Shown here piece after piece: positions 9,280 through 20,000 of a stretch of 42,656 nucleotides of DNA. The notes beneath the pieces were generated by a model. That model saw only the letters and a program-made list of their open reading frames with translations. It searched no databases and was not told the DNA's origin. Where the stretch lies: assembly GCA_040326155.1 (NCBI GenBank), contig JBEQLE010000036.1, positions 1 to 42,656 on the forward strand, written 5' to 3'. Positions within the stretch are counted from its first letter, which is position 1, and each line of letters starts with the position of its first letter. Made by a program: the position numbers and the translations under genes. Source of the stretch: Leptospirales bacterium. GTDB lineage: Bacteria; Spirochaetota; Leptospiria; Turneriellales; JAOUFE01.

Positions 9280-12200
9280 TTATTTCACGACCTGCAAAGC
9301 GCCGATTTGAACTTTTCGAATGTCAGAAGGGTTGGTCATGTCTTCGAGTAAATATTCCAGGTTGCCTTTTCCCGGCTTAATCGCTTTTACAGAAATGACA
9401 ACTTCCCGCTGAAAACATTCAAATGAAAAGCTCTGTGGGTTTTTTCCCGACGCCATTTCACTGGCAGGAACAACAATGGCTGGCAACAGCAAGTGAACAA
9501 TGCGTGGTCGAAATATTTTCGATCTGAAAATCAATTGCGCCACTTGCCCGGGGCGAAGGCGCAAAGTAGAAATGGTAACCGTTACATCGCTGAGCCCTTT
9601 ATTCTGTTTTAGATCAGTAACACAATGAACAAAAGTGTTGGCAGATTTAACCTGGATGCTATTTTTTAAAACGGTGGCCTCCGTAATAATGTAAGAAGAT
9701 CCGTTTTGGGTGTACTCCCAGGTTGCCGCGTTTTGCGATATGGTCTGAAGCAAATTCAAAAACCCAATGGATTCCATTGTAGCCATAAAACTATTTACCC
9801 AATGACTGGGCCCCGAAACCGGCAGTAACTTTTCGAGAGCAGGCGAAAGTATTCTTGTTTGGTTTGCAGTAATAATTTTATAATGCGGCTTTTTTAGTTT
9901 TAATGTTTCAAGCCATTTTTTTATACCGGATGATTCTACTTTTTGTTCTATTTTACTCTTTTTATCAAATATTTCCATGCTGTCATAATTTTCTATCAAT
10001 AAAAGAGAGGAGAGCCTGGATGCTAAAGAACAAAGAGATTCATATTCTGTTTTATACAACGACAGAGCGCCATTTATACATTGCAACTTAGTCGAAGCTT
10101 GCACTAAAATTCTTTCCATTTCCAGCATATGCGGGGGAAGCGACGTTTCGGATTTTTGTGGCCCCAACAATAGATGTAATTCATCAAATAATGTAAATAG
10201 ACGTGGAACTTTGTTTTGTATACTCTCTTTTAAATTTCCCAGAGCAAATAAATTTGAAAACACCAGTGAACTGGCGCTGGCTGTGTGGTCATTAAATAAA
10301 GAGTAGTGCCCTGATTTGTTTCGAAAACCAAGCAATACGTCTGTTCCTTTGTCTATTAATTTGATTAATATCTGAGGCGACATATTGGACTTTGTCTCGG
10401 CAAGTAAAAAAGCCAGGCCGGTTAGTTTCGCGGAGGTTTGTTCGGAACAACCCCAGGGATAATCCATTAAAGTTTTGTCTAAAAAAGAAGCCACCAGATC
10501 TGCCGCTCCCGGATACAAAATTATGACGTTGTCCTGGCCCGGCGGGTCAAGTATGGCGCCCGGCGGAACATACTTCCATTGTGCCATTTTCAACTTTCGC
10601 GGTGGAATATGAATCTCCTGTTTAAAACCAAGCGACTGGGCTTCCAGCAAAACAGGTTGTCCGAAGGTGAGGTGTAACGGGGTAGAGCCAATGCCCTTTA
10701 AAATCTCTTTTTTCAAGCCGCCGCTTGTGATTAAAAGCTCTGTTTGTTCAGGTAAAAAATATCCAATTGAAGTAGAAACGGTATCGCCTTCATTCAAATA
10801 ATGGGGCAAAAAGGGAACAACCATAGGCGAGTTTTGCCTGATCGAACGATAGTGGTAAACCGGTTCGAGTCCGTTATTTTCAAATGTATAAAACGTAAAA
10901 TAGAGGTCAGAGAGTATTTCCATCTCTTCCGGTTCATATGTAATTTGATCACGGTATTGTCCTGATATAAATTTATACTCTTCTTTTTTTTCCTGAAAAA
11001 TATAAAAATTATCTTCAAAAGATCTTTTGTCCAGCATGGTCTGCGCACCCGGTTTACTTTTGAGTTTTCCATAAAACTCCAAGGCAGCCCCGATAAAAAT
11101 TTGTCGTAGCTTATGGTCAACCGAATGTGACGTTGACACATGTGCAAACCAGGGCTGCGCTCGTTCGAGTGGAACTTGCATAACCACAGGTTTTCTATGG
11201 TCCACATGATCGCCTTTCGAACCTGGTACGGTTTCAAGACTTGAATTTTCCAGAGCTGAAATCGAAAGCCGACTCATAACCTGGCTTTTCTCGTTTACAT
11301 TAAAGTGAATAAACAGGTCGTGTTTGTGACGCTCTATGGAATCTCTTCTAAGACGTAGTTTCCCCCGACCGGCCTCCAGCTGCAGACGCTGGGCGTCGAT
11401 GCGAATACCACAATGAGAACAAAAAACTTCAGCGCTAACCGAGACATCTGGTGTTTGCAAACTTAATACGGAAAAGGCAATGGTATATTCATGCGACTCT
11501 TTTATAATATCGAAAAATTCGATAGAAATGGAAGAGCGCGTCTTACCTGCATACCAGATCGAACGATACAGCTCTCCATAGCCCGGAAAAAAGGCGATAA
11601 TTTGAGTGTGCCGCGTGCCGGTTTGCGGGAAAACTTTCTGAAAGAAAAAACCTTTCGCGTCCAATGTAACAGGAAAAGACCATTTTTCATCTTTCCAATA
11701 CCGGGCCGCCTGGCCCTGCATGCTGAGAGAAATGTTTGCGCCAGCCAGCGTCGGAGCGTATATAAATAGAGCTATGCCCTCACCGGGACCTACAAATGGT
11801 GAAAGAGTCGAAAATACAATTTCGGTTTGTTGAGCCGCCTTTTCGTATTGTCTGCAATCGGGTACGGAAAGTAGAGTCGCCACTCCATCATAAAAAACTC
11901 GTCCCAGACTAATTTCTTTTTTTAGAGCTTCGAGCAATTGCGTCGTAGCCTGGGCATAAGCGGAGGAAAGAATGTTATCCGGGGAATTCGAAAAGCCTTC
12001 CTGTATCATATCTTCATACCGGGTTTCCCCAACAGCTTTTCGAACTATTTCTTTCTCGGAATTATTTAGCTCTAATGACAATTCAGATAAAACGTGAGCT
12101 TCAAAGTCCGACAAAATAAGAGCGAGCTCTTTGCCAGATAACTCAGAGATCAGACCTTTTAAACTTATAAACTGCGAGGCAATAAATTCCAAAGCGCCTC

Positions 12201-12321
12201 GGTCAAAAGTAATGTCTTTATCGAGCTCATGCAATATGTAATAGGATTGTTCTTTGGGAAGTAACTTTAAAGTCTCGGCCAGACGTTGTAATCGGGAAAT
12301 TCTATCTTTATTTAATTTCAT
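9280..12321 (-). CDS. Alpha-2-macroglobulin-like thioester protein with putative N-terminal FliG-C-like domain
   Basis: LPHYLNEGDT (A2M LP..L..GD motif), MDYPWGCSEQTSAK (thioester CxEQ, nt 10438-10452), FRNKSGHYSLF; aa 1-142 helical and FliG-like; no signal peptide. Confidence 0.75.
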   Translation of the reverse strand: MKLNKDRISRLQRLAETLKLLPKEQSYYILHELDKDITFDRGALEFIASQFISLKGLISELSGKELALILSDFEAHVLSELSLELNNSEKEIVRKAVGETRYEDMIQEGFSNSPDNILSSAYAQATTQLLEALKKEISLGRVFYDGVATLLSVPDCRQYEKAAQQTEIVFSTLSPFVGPGEGIALFIYAPTLAGANISLSMQGQAARYWKDEKWSFPVTLDAKGFFFQKVFPQTGTRHTQIIAFFPGYGELYRSIWYAGKTRSSISIEFFDIIKESHEYTIAFSVLSLQTPDVSVSAEVFCSHCGIRIDAQRLQLEAGRGKLRLRRDSIERHKHDLFIHFNVNEKSQVMSRLSISALENSSLETVPGSKGDHVDHRKPVVMQVPLERAQPWFAHVSTSHSVDHKLRQIFIGAALEFYGKLKSKPGAQTMLDKRSFEDNFYIFQEKKEEYKFISGQYRDQITYEPEEMEILSDLYFTFYTFENNGLEPVYHYRSIRQNSPMVVPFLPHYLNEGDTVSTSIGYFLPEQTELLITSGGLKKEILKGIGSTPLHLTFGQPVLLEAQSLGFKQEIHIPPRKLKMAQWKYVPPGAILDPPGQDNVIILYPGAADLVASFLDKTLMDYPWGCSEQTSAKLTGLAFLLAETKSNMSPQILIKLIDKGTDVLLGFRNKSGHYSLFNDHTASASSLVFSNLFALGNLKESIQNKVPRLFTLFDELHLLLGPQKSETSLPPHMLEMERILVQASTKLQCINGALSLYKTEYESLCSLASRLSSLLLIENYDSMEIFDKKSKIEQKVESSGIKKWLETLKLKKPHYKIITANQTRILSPALEKLLPVSGPSHWVNSFMATMESIGFLNLLQTISQNAATWEYTQNGSSYIITEATVLKNSIQVKSANTFVHCVTDLKQNKGLSDVTVTISTLRLRPGQVAQLIFRSKIFRPRIVHLLLPAIVVPASEMASGKNPQSFSFECFQREVVISVKAIKPGKGNLEYLLEDMTNPSDIRKVQIGALQVVK

Positions 12322-12419
12322 ACAACATAAATCCAGAGTCCATTATATTGTTGTTGCTGGTTTATTACTGCGTCTTACGAACAAACAGTGCAATGCATGG
12401 GCCTTCTTATTCATCCATT

Positions 12420-14252
12420 TCAGATTTCAGTTAATTTTTCTTTCAGGCCTTTGATACGATCTCTTGCTTCTTGAATTTCCTCTTTGTTTGTTTCTAATTT
12501 AATATACTGCTGGAACTTTTGAATTGCTTCTTTGTATTGTTCCAATTCACCAAGAGCTAAACCCCAGTTATAAAAAGCGTTTTTATTTTCAGGTTCAAGT
12601 TCGATTACTTTTCTATATTTTTCAATCGCTTCTTCATTACGATCTTGAGCATAAAGAGCAACTCCCCACGCTAAATAGGCATTCCCGTTTTGCGGGTCAA
12701 GTTCGGTTGCTTTTTTATATTTTTCGATAGCTTCATCGTTGCGATCCAATTCACTGAGAGACAACCCCCAATTGTAATAAGCGTTTAGATAGTCTGGTTC
12801 AATTTCGCTCGCTTTTTTATATTTCTCTATGGACTCTTCATAGCGGCCAAGATGAAAAAGAGTAACGCCCCAGTTGTTAAAAGCCGCTTCAGAGTCAGGG
12901 TTAAGTTTAGTCGCTTTTTTATATTTTTTTATCGCTTGTTCGTAAAGTTGCATATTGTCAAGCGCATCTCCCCAGGCTAAATAGGCATCTGAATCTTTTG
13001 CATCGATTCGTATTGTTTCTTTATACTTTTCAATGGCTTTTTCATATTCACCCAGTTCATCCAGAGCCAGTCCCCAATTGTAATAAGCAAGAACATTGTT
13101 TGGTTCGAGTTTAATTACCTGTTTATATTTTTCAATAGCCTTTTCATATTGCCCTGAGATAAAATAAACGTTTCCCCAGCTGTTGTGAACAGTTCCCGAA
13201 TTCGGGTCGAGCTTCACCGCTTGTTTGTAAATTTGAATGGCGCGATCATAGAGTCCCAGATCTGCAATGGCATCACCCCAGGCCAGAAAAGCGTCAAAAT
13301 TCTCCGGATCGATTTTGGTAATTTTTTCATATTGTTCAGCCGCTTTTTCGTATTCACCCAGCCCACCGAGAGCCAGACCCCAATTGTAATAAGCGTCAAG
13401 ATTATTCGCATTTAGTTCGATCGCTTTTTTACTATATTCAATTGACTCTTTGTAACGCCCCATTTCATAGAGAGTAACTCCTATATTGGTGAAGGCGCTC
13501 GTATAATTTGGAACAAGTGCAATTGCTTTTTCATACTTTTCTATCGCTTGTTCATACCGACCCAATTCTGCGAGAGCCAAACCCCAATTATAATACCCAT
13601 CTGCATCGTTCGGATTCATCTCCAGTGCTTTTTTGTACTTTTGAATGGCTTCTTCAAACCGTCCCATATGTAAAAGAGTAACACCCCAGTTGTTTTGAAT
13701 ATATGCCAGATCAGGGTTCAGCTTGCTGGCTTTTTCGTATTTCTGAATGGCCTCTTTATAAAGTCCCTGATCATCCAGGGCATCTCCCCAGGCTAAATAC
13801 GCATCAGCATCTTTCGGATCGATAGTCAGTACTTTTTTGTATTTTTGAATCGCTTCATCGTATAGCCCCATGTTGCTGAGAGTAATTCCCCAATTGTAAT
13901 AAGCGAAAATATCTTCCGGATCAAGTTGAATAACTTTTTTATATTTTTCAATGGCTTCCTGGTAACGCCCGAGTTCGGTTAGAGATAATCCCCAACCGAA
14001 ATAAGCGTCAGGGCTATTTGGATATAATTTGAGTACTTTTTTAAATTTCTCAATGGCTTTTTCGTACAGTCCCAGTTCATAAAAATCAACGCCGGCATCA
14101 TAATAGGCTTCTGCGGGGTCTGTACTTTTTTTAGCATCTTCATCATTGAATGCAATATTTTCTTGTGGCAGCCTGTCTAGAAGCTCAGTCTGACCGAACA
14201 AAGGATGGGTTGCAATAAGAGCAGATATAGCAAGAGGTAATATTTTATACAT
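12420..14252 (-). CDS. Secreted TPR protein with 16 tandem 34-aa repeats
   Basis: Signal peptide MYKILPLAISALIATHPLFG; repeats of AYYNWG.AL..LG.Y..AI.KY.K...LDP. Confidence 0.92.
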   Translation of the reverse strand: MYKILPLAISALIATHPLFGQTELLDRLPQENIAFNDEDAKKSTDPAEAYYDAGVDFYELGLYEKAIEKFKKVLKLYPNSPDAYFGWGLSLTELGRYQEAIEKYKKVIQLDPEDIFAYYNWGITLSNMGLYDEAIQKYKKVLTIDPKDADAYLAWGDALDDQGLYKEAIQKYEKASKLNPDLAYIQNNWGVTLLHMGRFEEAIQKYKKALEMNPNDADGYYNWGLALAELGRYEQAIEKYEKAIALVPNYTSAFTNIGVTLYEMGRYKESIEYSKKAIELNANNLDAYYNWGLALGGLGEYEKAAEQYEKITKIDPENFDAFLAWGDAIADLGLYDRAIQIYKQAVKLDPNSGTVHNSWGNVYFISGQYEKAIEKYKQVIKLEPNNVLAYYNWGLALDELGEYEKAIEKYKETIRIDAKDSDAYLAWGDALDNMQLYEQAIKKYKKATKLNPDSEAAFNNWGVTLFHLGRYEESIEKYKKASEIEPDYLNAYYNWGLSLSELDRNDEAIEKYKKATELDPQNGNAYLAWGVALYAQDRNEEAIEKYRKVIELEPENKNAFYNWGLALGELEQYKEAIQKFQQYIKLETNKEEIQEARDRIKGLKEKLTEI

Positions 14253-14763
14253 GCACTCACATTAATTCAAGCGTCACCGCCATCAAGAGTTTTTTTTTGC
14301 CATTCGGTCGCGCATTGCGAACCTGTGGTGTTTTTTACCTTCAGGTCAGGTGAATAGTCGGGTCTTCGCCGCGCCAGCTCTTTGGCGTATAACTCGTCAG
14401 TTTTTTAAAATAAGAGCAATATAAAAGAAAAATATATTTAAAGGGGAGAAGTGAGTTTATAACAACGCGCGGTTTTTCGTCTTTCCCCTGGCTTTGGCCC
14501 GCAAGCGGTCCGCCGCCACCCCATACGATATTGTTGGGGCGACCCGTTGGCGAATAATTCTAGCGTAAGAATCATCATCGACGGCCTCGGCAATGGTACC
14601 TGAATGCAAATCGTGCGAGAAATGAAACCAATAATTATTAGTAAATTATAATATTGTTGTATTCAATATGTGTTTCTATCTTTATTTTGACGCAAGCCTG
14701 TTCAGCTTACCTGTTTTTGACTTTACAAATGACGAAGGTTAAACCTCGTGCAAATAAAACGTT

Positions 14764-15819
14764 ATGAACGAAAATGCAAAAAAGTTTCAACAAAACCTAA
14801 AAACAGTAGCCAAGGGTAAAAAAGGCTCCCGGGATATGACCCGTGACGAGGCTCGCTTTTGCCTTACCTTTGTTTTCAGCGATGAAGTTCACCCGGTTCA
14901 GGCCGGAGCTTTGTTTACAGCGATGCGTTTTAAAGGCAGCACCGAAGAGGAACTTCATGGATTTCTGGATGCTCTGGAAAATGGCTCGGACTCCATCCTT
15001 GTTAAAGCGAAAACGGATAGTGAAATGAATCCGCTTTTCACTGCAAACTCTCCCTACGATGGTCGAACAAAAAGTCTCAACCTCTCTGTTGCCGCTTCGC
15101 TGGTGTGCGCCGCATCGGGAGTTCCGGTTTTACTGCACTCTTCTACCGGCCTGCCGCCCAAAAAAGGAGTAACCGCCGCTCCTGTTTTGGAGCGTCTTGG
15201 CATTCCTGTAATGTTGAGTGGCCCTGAGGTTGCACAAAACGTAGAAACAAAGAATTTTGGATTCATACATGCTTCGCAATTTAACTATCCCATTGAAAAA
15301 CTTCGAAGATGGCGAGAGATCTTACTGTACCGTACTATTTTGCATACTCTGGAGGTTTTAAACAATCCAGGGCGGGCGAAAAAAAGAATAATTGGCGTTG
15401 CCCATGACCACCTTGCCGGTAAATTTGCTCGCATTGCCGCCGCGCGCGGTGCCGAACATGTTTTGGTTTTTCCCGGCTTAGACGGGGCCGATGAGTTGGC
15501 GATGCAAAAAACAGTCGCCGTTGAGGTTAAAAACGGGCAAGAAAGCAAAATTACTTTAGACCCGAAAGAGTATGGTTTTTCATATTCAGATAAATTCGAC
15601 CCCGAAAATGCAAACACTGCGGCAAAAATAACCGAAGAGGTTTTACAAGGTGAGGGCGAAAAATATATTGAAGCTGTAATTTACAATGCAGGTATTCGAA
15701 TTTATGTTGCAAAAAATAATTTAACGATACAAACAGCAATGGATGAAGCCAGGGAAGTATTAAAGTCAGGTAGAGCTCACGAACTTTTAAACTGCCTGCG
15801 CGGACCAAATTACAGATAA
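14764..15819 (+). CDS. TrpD-like glycosyltransferase family 3 protein (YbiB/DsrS type, probably not a true TrpD)
   Basis: VAKGKKGSRDMT..EA, QAGALFTAMRFKG...EEL.GF, GVPVLLH, YNAG; PYDG replaces the TrpD GTGGDG PRPP-binding loop. Confidence 0.75.
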   Translation: MNENAKKFQQNLKTVAKGKKGSRDMTRDEARFCLTFVFSDEVHPVQAGALFTAMRFKGSTEEELHGFLDALENGSDSILVKAKTDSEMNPLFTANSPYDGRTKSLNLSVAASLVCAASGVPVLLHSSTGLPPKKGVTAAPVLERLGIPVMLSGPEVAQNVETKNFGFIHASQFNYPIEKLRRWREILLYRTILHTLEVLNNPGRAKKRIIGVAHDHLAGKFARIAAARGAEHVLVFPGLDGADELAMQKTVAVEVKNGQESKITLDPKEYGFSYSDKFDPENANTAAKITEEVLQGEGEKYIEAVIYNAGIRIYVAKNNLTIQTAMDEAREVLKSGRAHELLNCLRGPNYR

Positions 15820-15827
15820 GGTAAACA

Positions 15828-16601
15828 ATGGAAAAAAAGAGTAAAAAAGTATATTTAATCGGCGCTGGCCCAGGTGACCCTGAATTGATAACTTTAAAAG
15901 CCATTCGCGCTATTGAAGAGTCAGAAGCTATTTTATATGACCACTTAGTAAACCCAAAAATATTGGAACATGCCCGACCCGACACTAAGTTAATTTATGT
16001 GGGCAAAAAAAAAGGCCATCACAGCGTTCCCCAGGAAGAGATCAACCAAATGCTTGTAGAACAAGCCAATAAATACAGTTGCGTTGGACGCCTGAAAGGA
16101 GGGGACCCTTTTATATTTGGCCGAGGCGGTGAAGAAGTAGAGTTTTTAGCCCGTCATGGATTTTCCATTGAGGTGATTCCCGGTATAACTTCTGCCAGTG
16201 GAGCAGGCTCTAATATTTTGTTGCCGTTAACTCACCGAAAATATGGTTCCGAAGTTGTGTTTATAACCGGTCATAAGAAAAAAGACGGCGACTACAATCA
16301 ATTTACTGCCTATGACTTAACCAATAAAACCATGATTATTTACATGGGTCTAACCGCCATTGGGTCCATTCAAAAAGAACTTTGTAAACGAGAAAATAAT
16401 TGTAATTTACCGGTAGCCATTATAGAAAAAGCGACTTTACCCGAAGAAAGAGTCGTTCGAGGCAAACTATTATCTATTGAAAAACTAATAGAAAAAGAAA
16501 AAATTCAGGCCCCGGCGCTTATTATAATCGGCGAAGTGGTCTCTTTCTTAGATGAAATCGATAAAATAAAAAAGGAAGTCGCACAGATTATTCACGAGTA
16601 A
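15828..16601 (+). CDS. cobA: Uroporphyrinogen-III C-methyltransferase (SUMT; CobA/SirA/CysG-A)
   Basis: VYLIGAGPGDPELITLKA, LYDHLV, RLKGGDPFIFGRGGEE, VIPGITS, PLTHR, IYMG. Confidence 0.93.
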   Translation: MEKKSKKVYLIGAGPGDPELITLKAIRAIEESEAILYDHLVNPKILEHARPDTKLIYVGKKKGHHSVPQEEINQMLVEQANKYSCVGRLKGGDPFIFGRGGEEVEFLARHGFSIEVIPGITSASGAGSNILLPLTHRKYGSEVVFITGHKKKDGDYNQFTAYDLTNKTMIIYMGLTAIGSIQKELCKRENNCNLPVAIIEKATLPEERVVRGKLLSIEKLIEKEKIQAPALIIIGEVVSFLDEIDKIKKEVAQIIHE

Positions 16602-16638
16602 TCGTTTTTAATAGAAATTCGCGGCTACGGAGCACAAC

Positions 16639-17073
16639 ATGGAAGAAAAGAAAAGTATTAACGGAGAGCATTTTTACGATATAGAGATCGCCGGGTCAAT
16701 GGAACGTTTAAGCAAGCTGTTTCAAACCAAAGGGGAATTTCCACCGGTAAACGCGGCGACTCTGGAAGCTATGTACGATTATTTAACACAAAAAGTAAAA
16801 TTCCCTTTTCAAGGTGAAATTGCCGCGTTGGATGAAAATCCTCCAGGGCGTCAAATTGTGAATGTTACCGTAAATGGAGTTTTCGACCCGGATGACACCG
16901 ATGAGCTGAATCGGTACGGACTTGTGTGCGAGGTTTTTAACGGAAAGGAAACTTTCCACATGCCGTTATCCGAAATTGTCATTAAGCAAGAAGATGCGAG
17001 CTTTCAGTTTGTCGAAGATTATTGCGTCTGGTATTGGGAAGTAAAAGAGGGTCACGGCGACGAGCCTTCATAG
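16639..17073 (+). CDS. CcbP-like calcium-binding family protein
   Basis: Acidic; YL...VKFPFQG, YGLVCEV, MPLSEI, VEDYCVW pattern; RBS ggag. Confidence 0.65.
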   Translation: MEEKKSINGEHFYDIEIAGSMERLSKLFQTKGEFPPVNAATLEAMYDYLTQKVKFPFQGEIAALDENPPGRQIVNVTVNGVFDPDDTDELNRYGLVCEVFNGKETFHMPLSEIVIKQEDASFQFVEDYCVWYWEVKEGHGDEPS

Positions 17074-20000
17074 TTCACGATATTTTTCACGCAGTAAGAT
17101 GATTCCTTCGATTGCAATTTTTGCGTTTTCTATTAGAAATTTTTCAGCATCTTCAGGAATAGAGCTGTATTTATTCAGAGCCAGTTCGTACTCACCGAGT
17201 TTGTAGTAAATATACCCCATCTGGAAATTTATTTTATTTTTTGTGCTTGCTGAAACTGATTTAAGCGAGATAGCTTTTTCAAATTCTTCTAAAGCTGGAA
17301 AATATTTGTCTTTCGCAATATAAAGAAGACCAAGATAATAATAAGCTTCAGACAAATTTGAATCGTATTCAATCGCTTGCTTGTAATTATCCATTGCTTT
17401 TTCGGTATTGTATTTATACAATTCCAGATGACCCAGGTAATACCATGCCAGAGCATAGTCCGGTTTAATTTTAACAGCCTGGTTCAACTTTTTTTCTGCA
17501 CCGGTCATATTCTTATTTTCAATTAAAAACTGAGCCTCATCAAACAATAAATAGGCAATTTTCTCTCCCGTTGGATCAATCGAATTAATAAATTCATCCA
17601 TGGTAGAAAAGTATGTATACGTTTTATTCTGGCTTCGGGCAAGGTAGGCCTGAGCGAGGGATTTTGCCTGACGCTGAAAATCCCCAGGATTTTTTTCAAT
17701 TTTATCTAAATAAAATTGAATGCGTTGGTTACTTTTCAGGTGTATCAGATTTTCTATTATATAAAGATAATAGGCGGTATAGCTCAAATTATAATGTATT
17801 GTTTTTTGGAGAGAATTGAACGCTTTCTGGTCTTCCCTATTCAAATAGTATGCAATAAAAAGCAGCAAAGAAGCGTATTCTTCATTCCTGTTTTTTATTA
17901 ACGATTCATTCAAAAGATCAATAGCAGATGAATATTTATTTAATTGCAGATATATTGCTCCGTGCAATAAATTAACATATTGAAACTGTACTTTGTCCGG
18001 GTTTATTTTTTCAATAATTTCTAACGCTATGTTGTAATCTTTTAATTTGAAATAGCTTGCCGCAAGATAAAACAGAACTTCGTTTTCCGGCGTCTTTCTT
18101 TTAATTTCAAGACTATCAATATATTCATGGAATTTCAATTTTGCTTTTTTGTAATGTTTATTCTTAAATTCCTCTATACCCTGATTAAATGTCTGTAAGT
18201 CGTCACCAAAACTTAATCCTTCTGTCTGGTTTATTGCCGGTGGATTATTTTGAATTACAGAATGCAAAGCTTTTTGAATGGCATTTCTAAAATTACTTTC
18301 AGAGTTCTTGGAGTAATCCATTAAATACTGATTTACCTGGCTATATTGCAGCATGGCCGGTATATTATGGCTGGCGGCATTCGACCATTCGAAGTTCAGC
18401 AGTGAAGCCAGATCGGGATTCATCTGTAATGCAATTTTTTTATACTTTTTGGAACTATCCGTCAGGCCGATTATACCCAGATTGTTTGCTAATTTCGAAA
18501 CCAGGTGAAAAGTATGCCACCCGCCTCCATATGCTCTGGCAAGATATAGAATAGATTTCTTGATATATATATCATAATTATTTCGGGTGTCCCATTTACC
18601 TTTTTCCAAATCGATGAATCTGGCTTTCATGTCGTACAGGTTGCCCAATTTAAGATTCGATTTTGCATAAAACAAAGAACCCTGGTCTTTACCCGCAATT
18701 TCAAATTGCTTCAGGGCATCGTCGAAATATTTTTCTTGTTTACCATCCGATTTTTTATACAGTTTTAAATAGGTCTTTCCTAAATAGTAATGAATCTGCA
18801 ATAAGTCATAACCTTTATTCTCATTCAATATTTCATTAAACTTTTGTCGCGCTTTATTGTAATCTTTATTATGATACAGAAGAGTTGCAATTTCAATTTT
18901 GGCTTTTACAAAGTCGTAGCCGTCGGTCAGATCTTTGGCTCGGGCTATCGCCAACTTATAATTAATAATCGCCTTTTCGGTATTCTTAAATTTACTTTGA
19001 ATATCGCCCATATAATAATAGTCTATCGGGGTAAAACTTTGTGCATACCTATTTTCTATATCTTCAAGTGCGCTTTTAGCTTTATTCAAAGCGCCAACGG
19101 GATTCCGAACAGATTCCAACTTGTATTGTACATAAGTTGAATTGATTAAGGCCGTTATAAAAGGCTTTTCATCTACAGTAAATTGTTTTATCTTCTGATA
19201 TATTTTCTGCGCCTCTGAAAATTTATGAAGTTGCTGAAAGGAAAATGCCAACTTGAAACGTATTTCGTTCATGTCTTTAACATGATCTAAACATAATTTA
19301 TAATACTCGCCTGCTTTTTTCCACTGCCCTTTTTTGGAATATACATCGCCTAACTGCTGATATGCCATATGATAATCGGAATCGTTTTCAAGGGCATTTT
19401 CAAAATCCGTTATCGCGTCGTCCAACCTGTCTTGAGTAATATACCAGATTCCCCGATAATAATATGGCAATGCCGAAGAGGAATCACTACGTATAGCCTT
19501 ATTGTAATATTCTTCTATCTCTTCCGGGTCACTCGTTTTTTGTTGCGAACTGGAAGGATTTTGTCTGTCGAGTAAAACAGCATATTGCAGCAGTAATATC
19601 GTGTTGTTCTCAAATTGATTCTGTCTTCTTTTTCTTCTTAACTTATGAATAAGTTTAAAAAATTTATCATAATTATTATTATCTCCGTAGTTTTTAAAAT
19701 AGTAACGCGCTAGAGTTGCCGGGTACTCTTTTTCAAGAATTAGCTCAGCGGCTTGTTGCAAAAGGCTGTTTATTTGTTCGGTTTGTGTACTCTTTGTTGA
19801 AAGCGGTGTAAGCGACCTAATATAATTTCCCGTTATAATTTGAAGTGTATAGCCTTCCGTTTTAGTTCTCAGCAATCGCCCGATCACATGAGTGGCCTGG
19901 TCAAAAAGGCCGGTTACAGCCTGAATAATCGTATCCACATCAAAAGTTGCACCGCCTTGAGAAACTGTTACATTCAAATCCATCGGTTGATGACTTGCCA

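Noticed and set aside
12420..14252. DNA repeats as a DGR or CRISPR-like element
   Set aside because: Fully explained by in-frame 102-bp TPR coding repeats; no reverse transcriptase in the window
14440..14530. Possible cobalamin riboswitch upstream of the TrpD-like/cobA unit
   Set aside because: Only scattered fragments (aagggga, cccgc, gccac); the conserved GGGAA..GGTG.AA.TCC and B12-box arrangement is absent
14764..15819. Calling this gene trpD
   Set aside because: GTGGD PRPP-binding loop missing and no trp operon context
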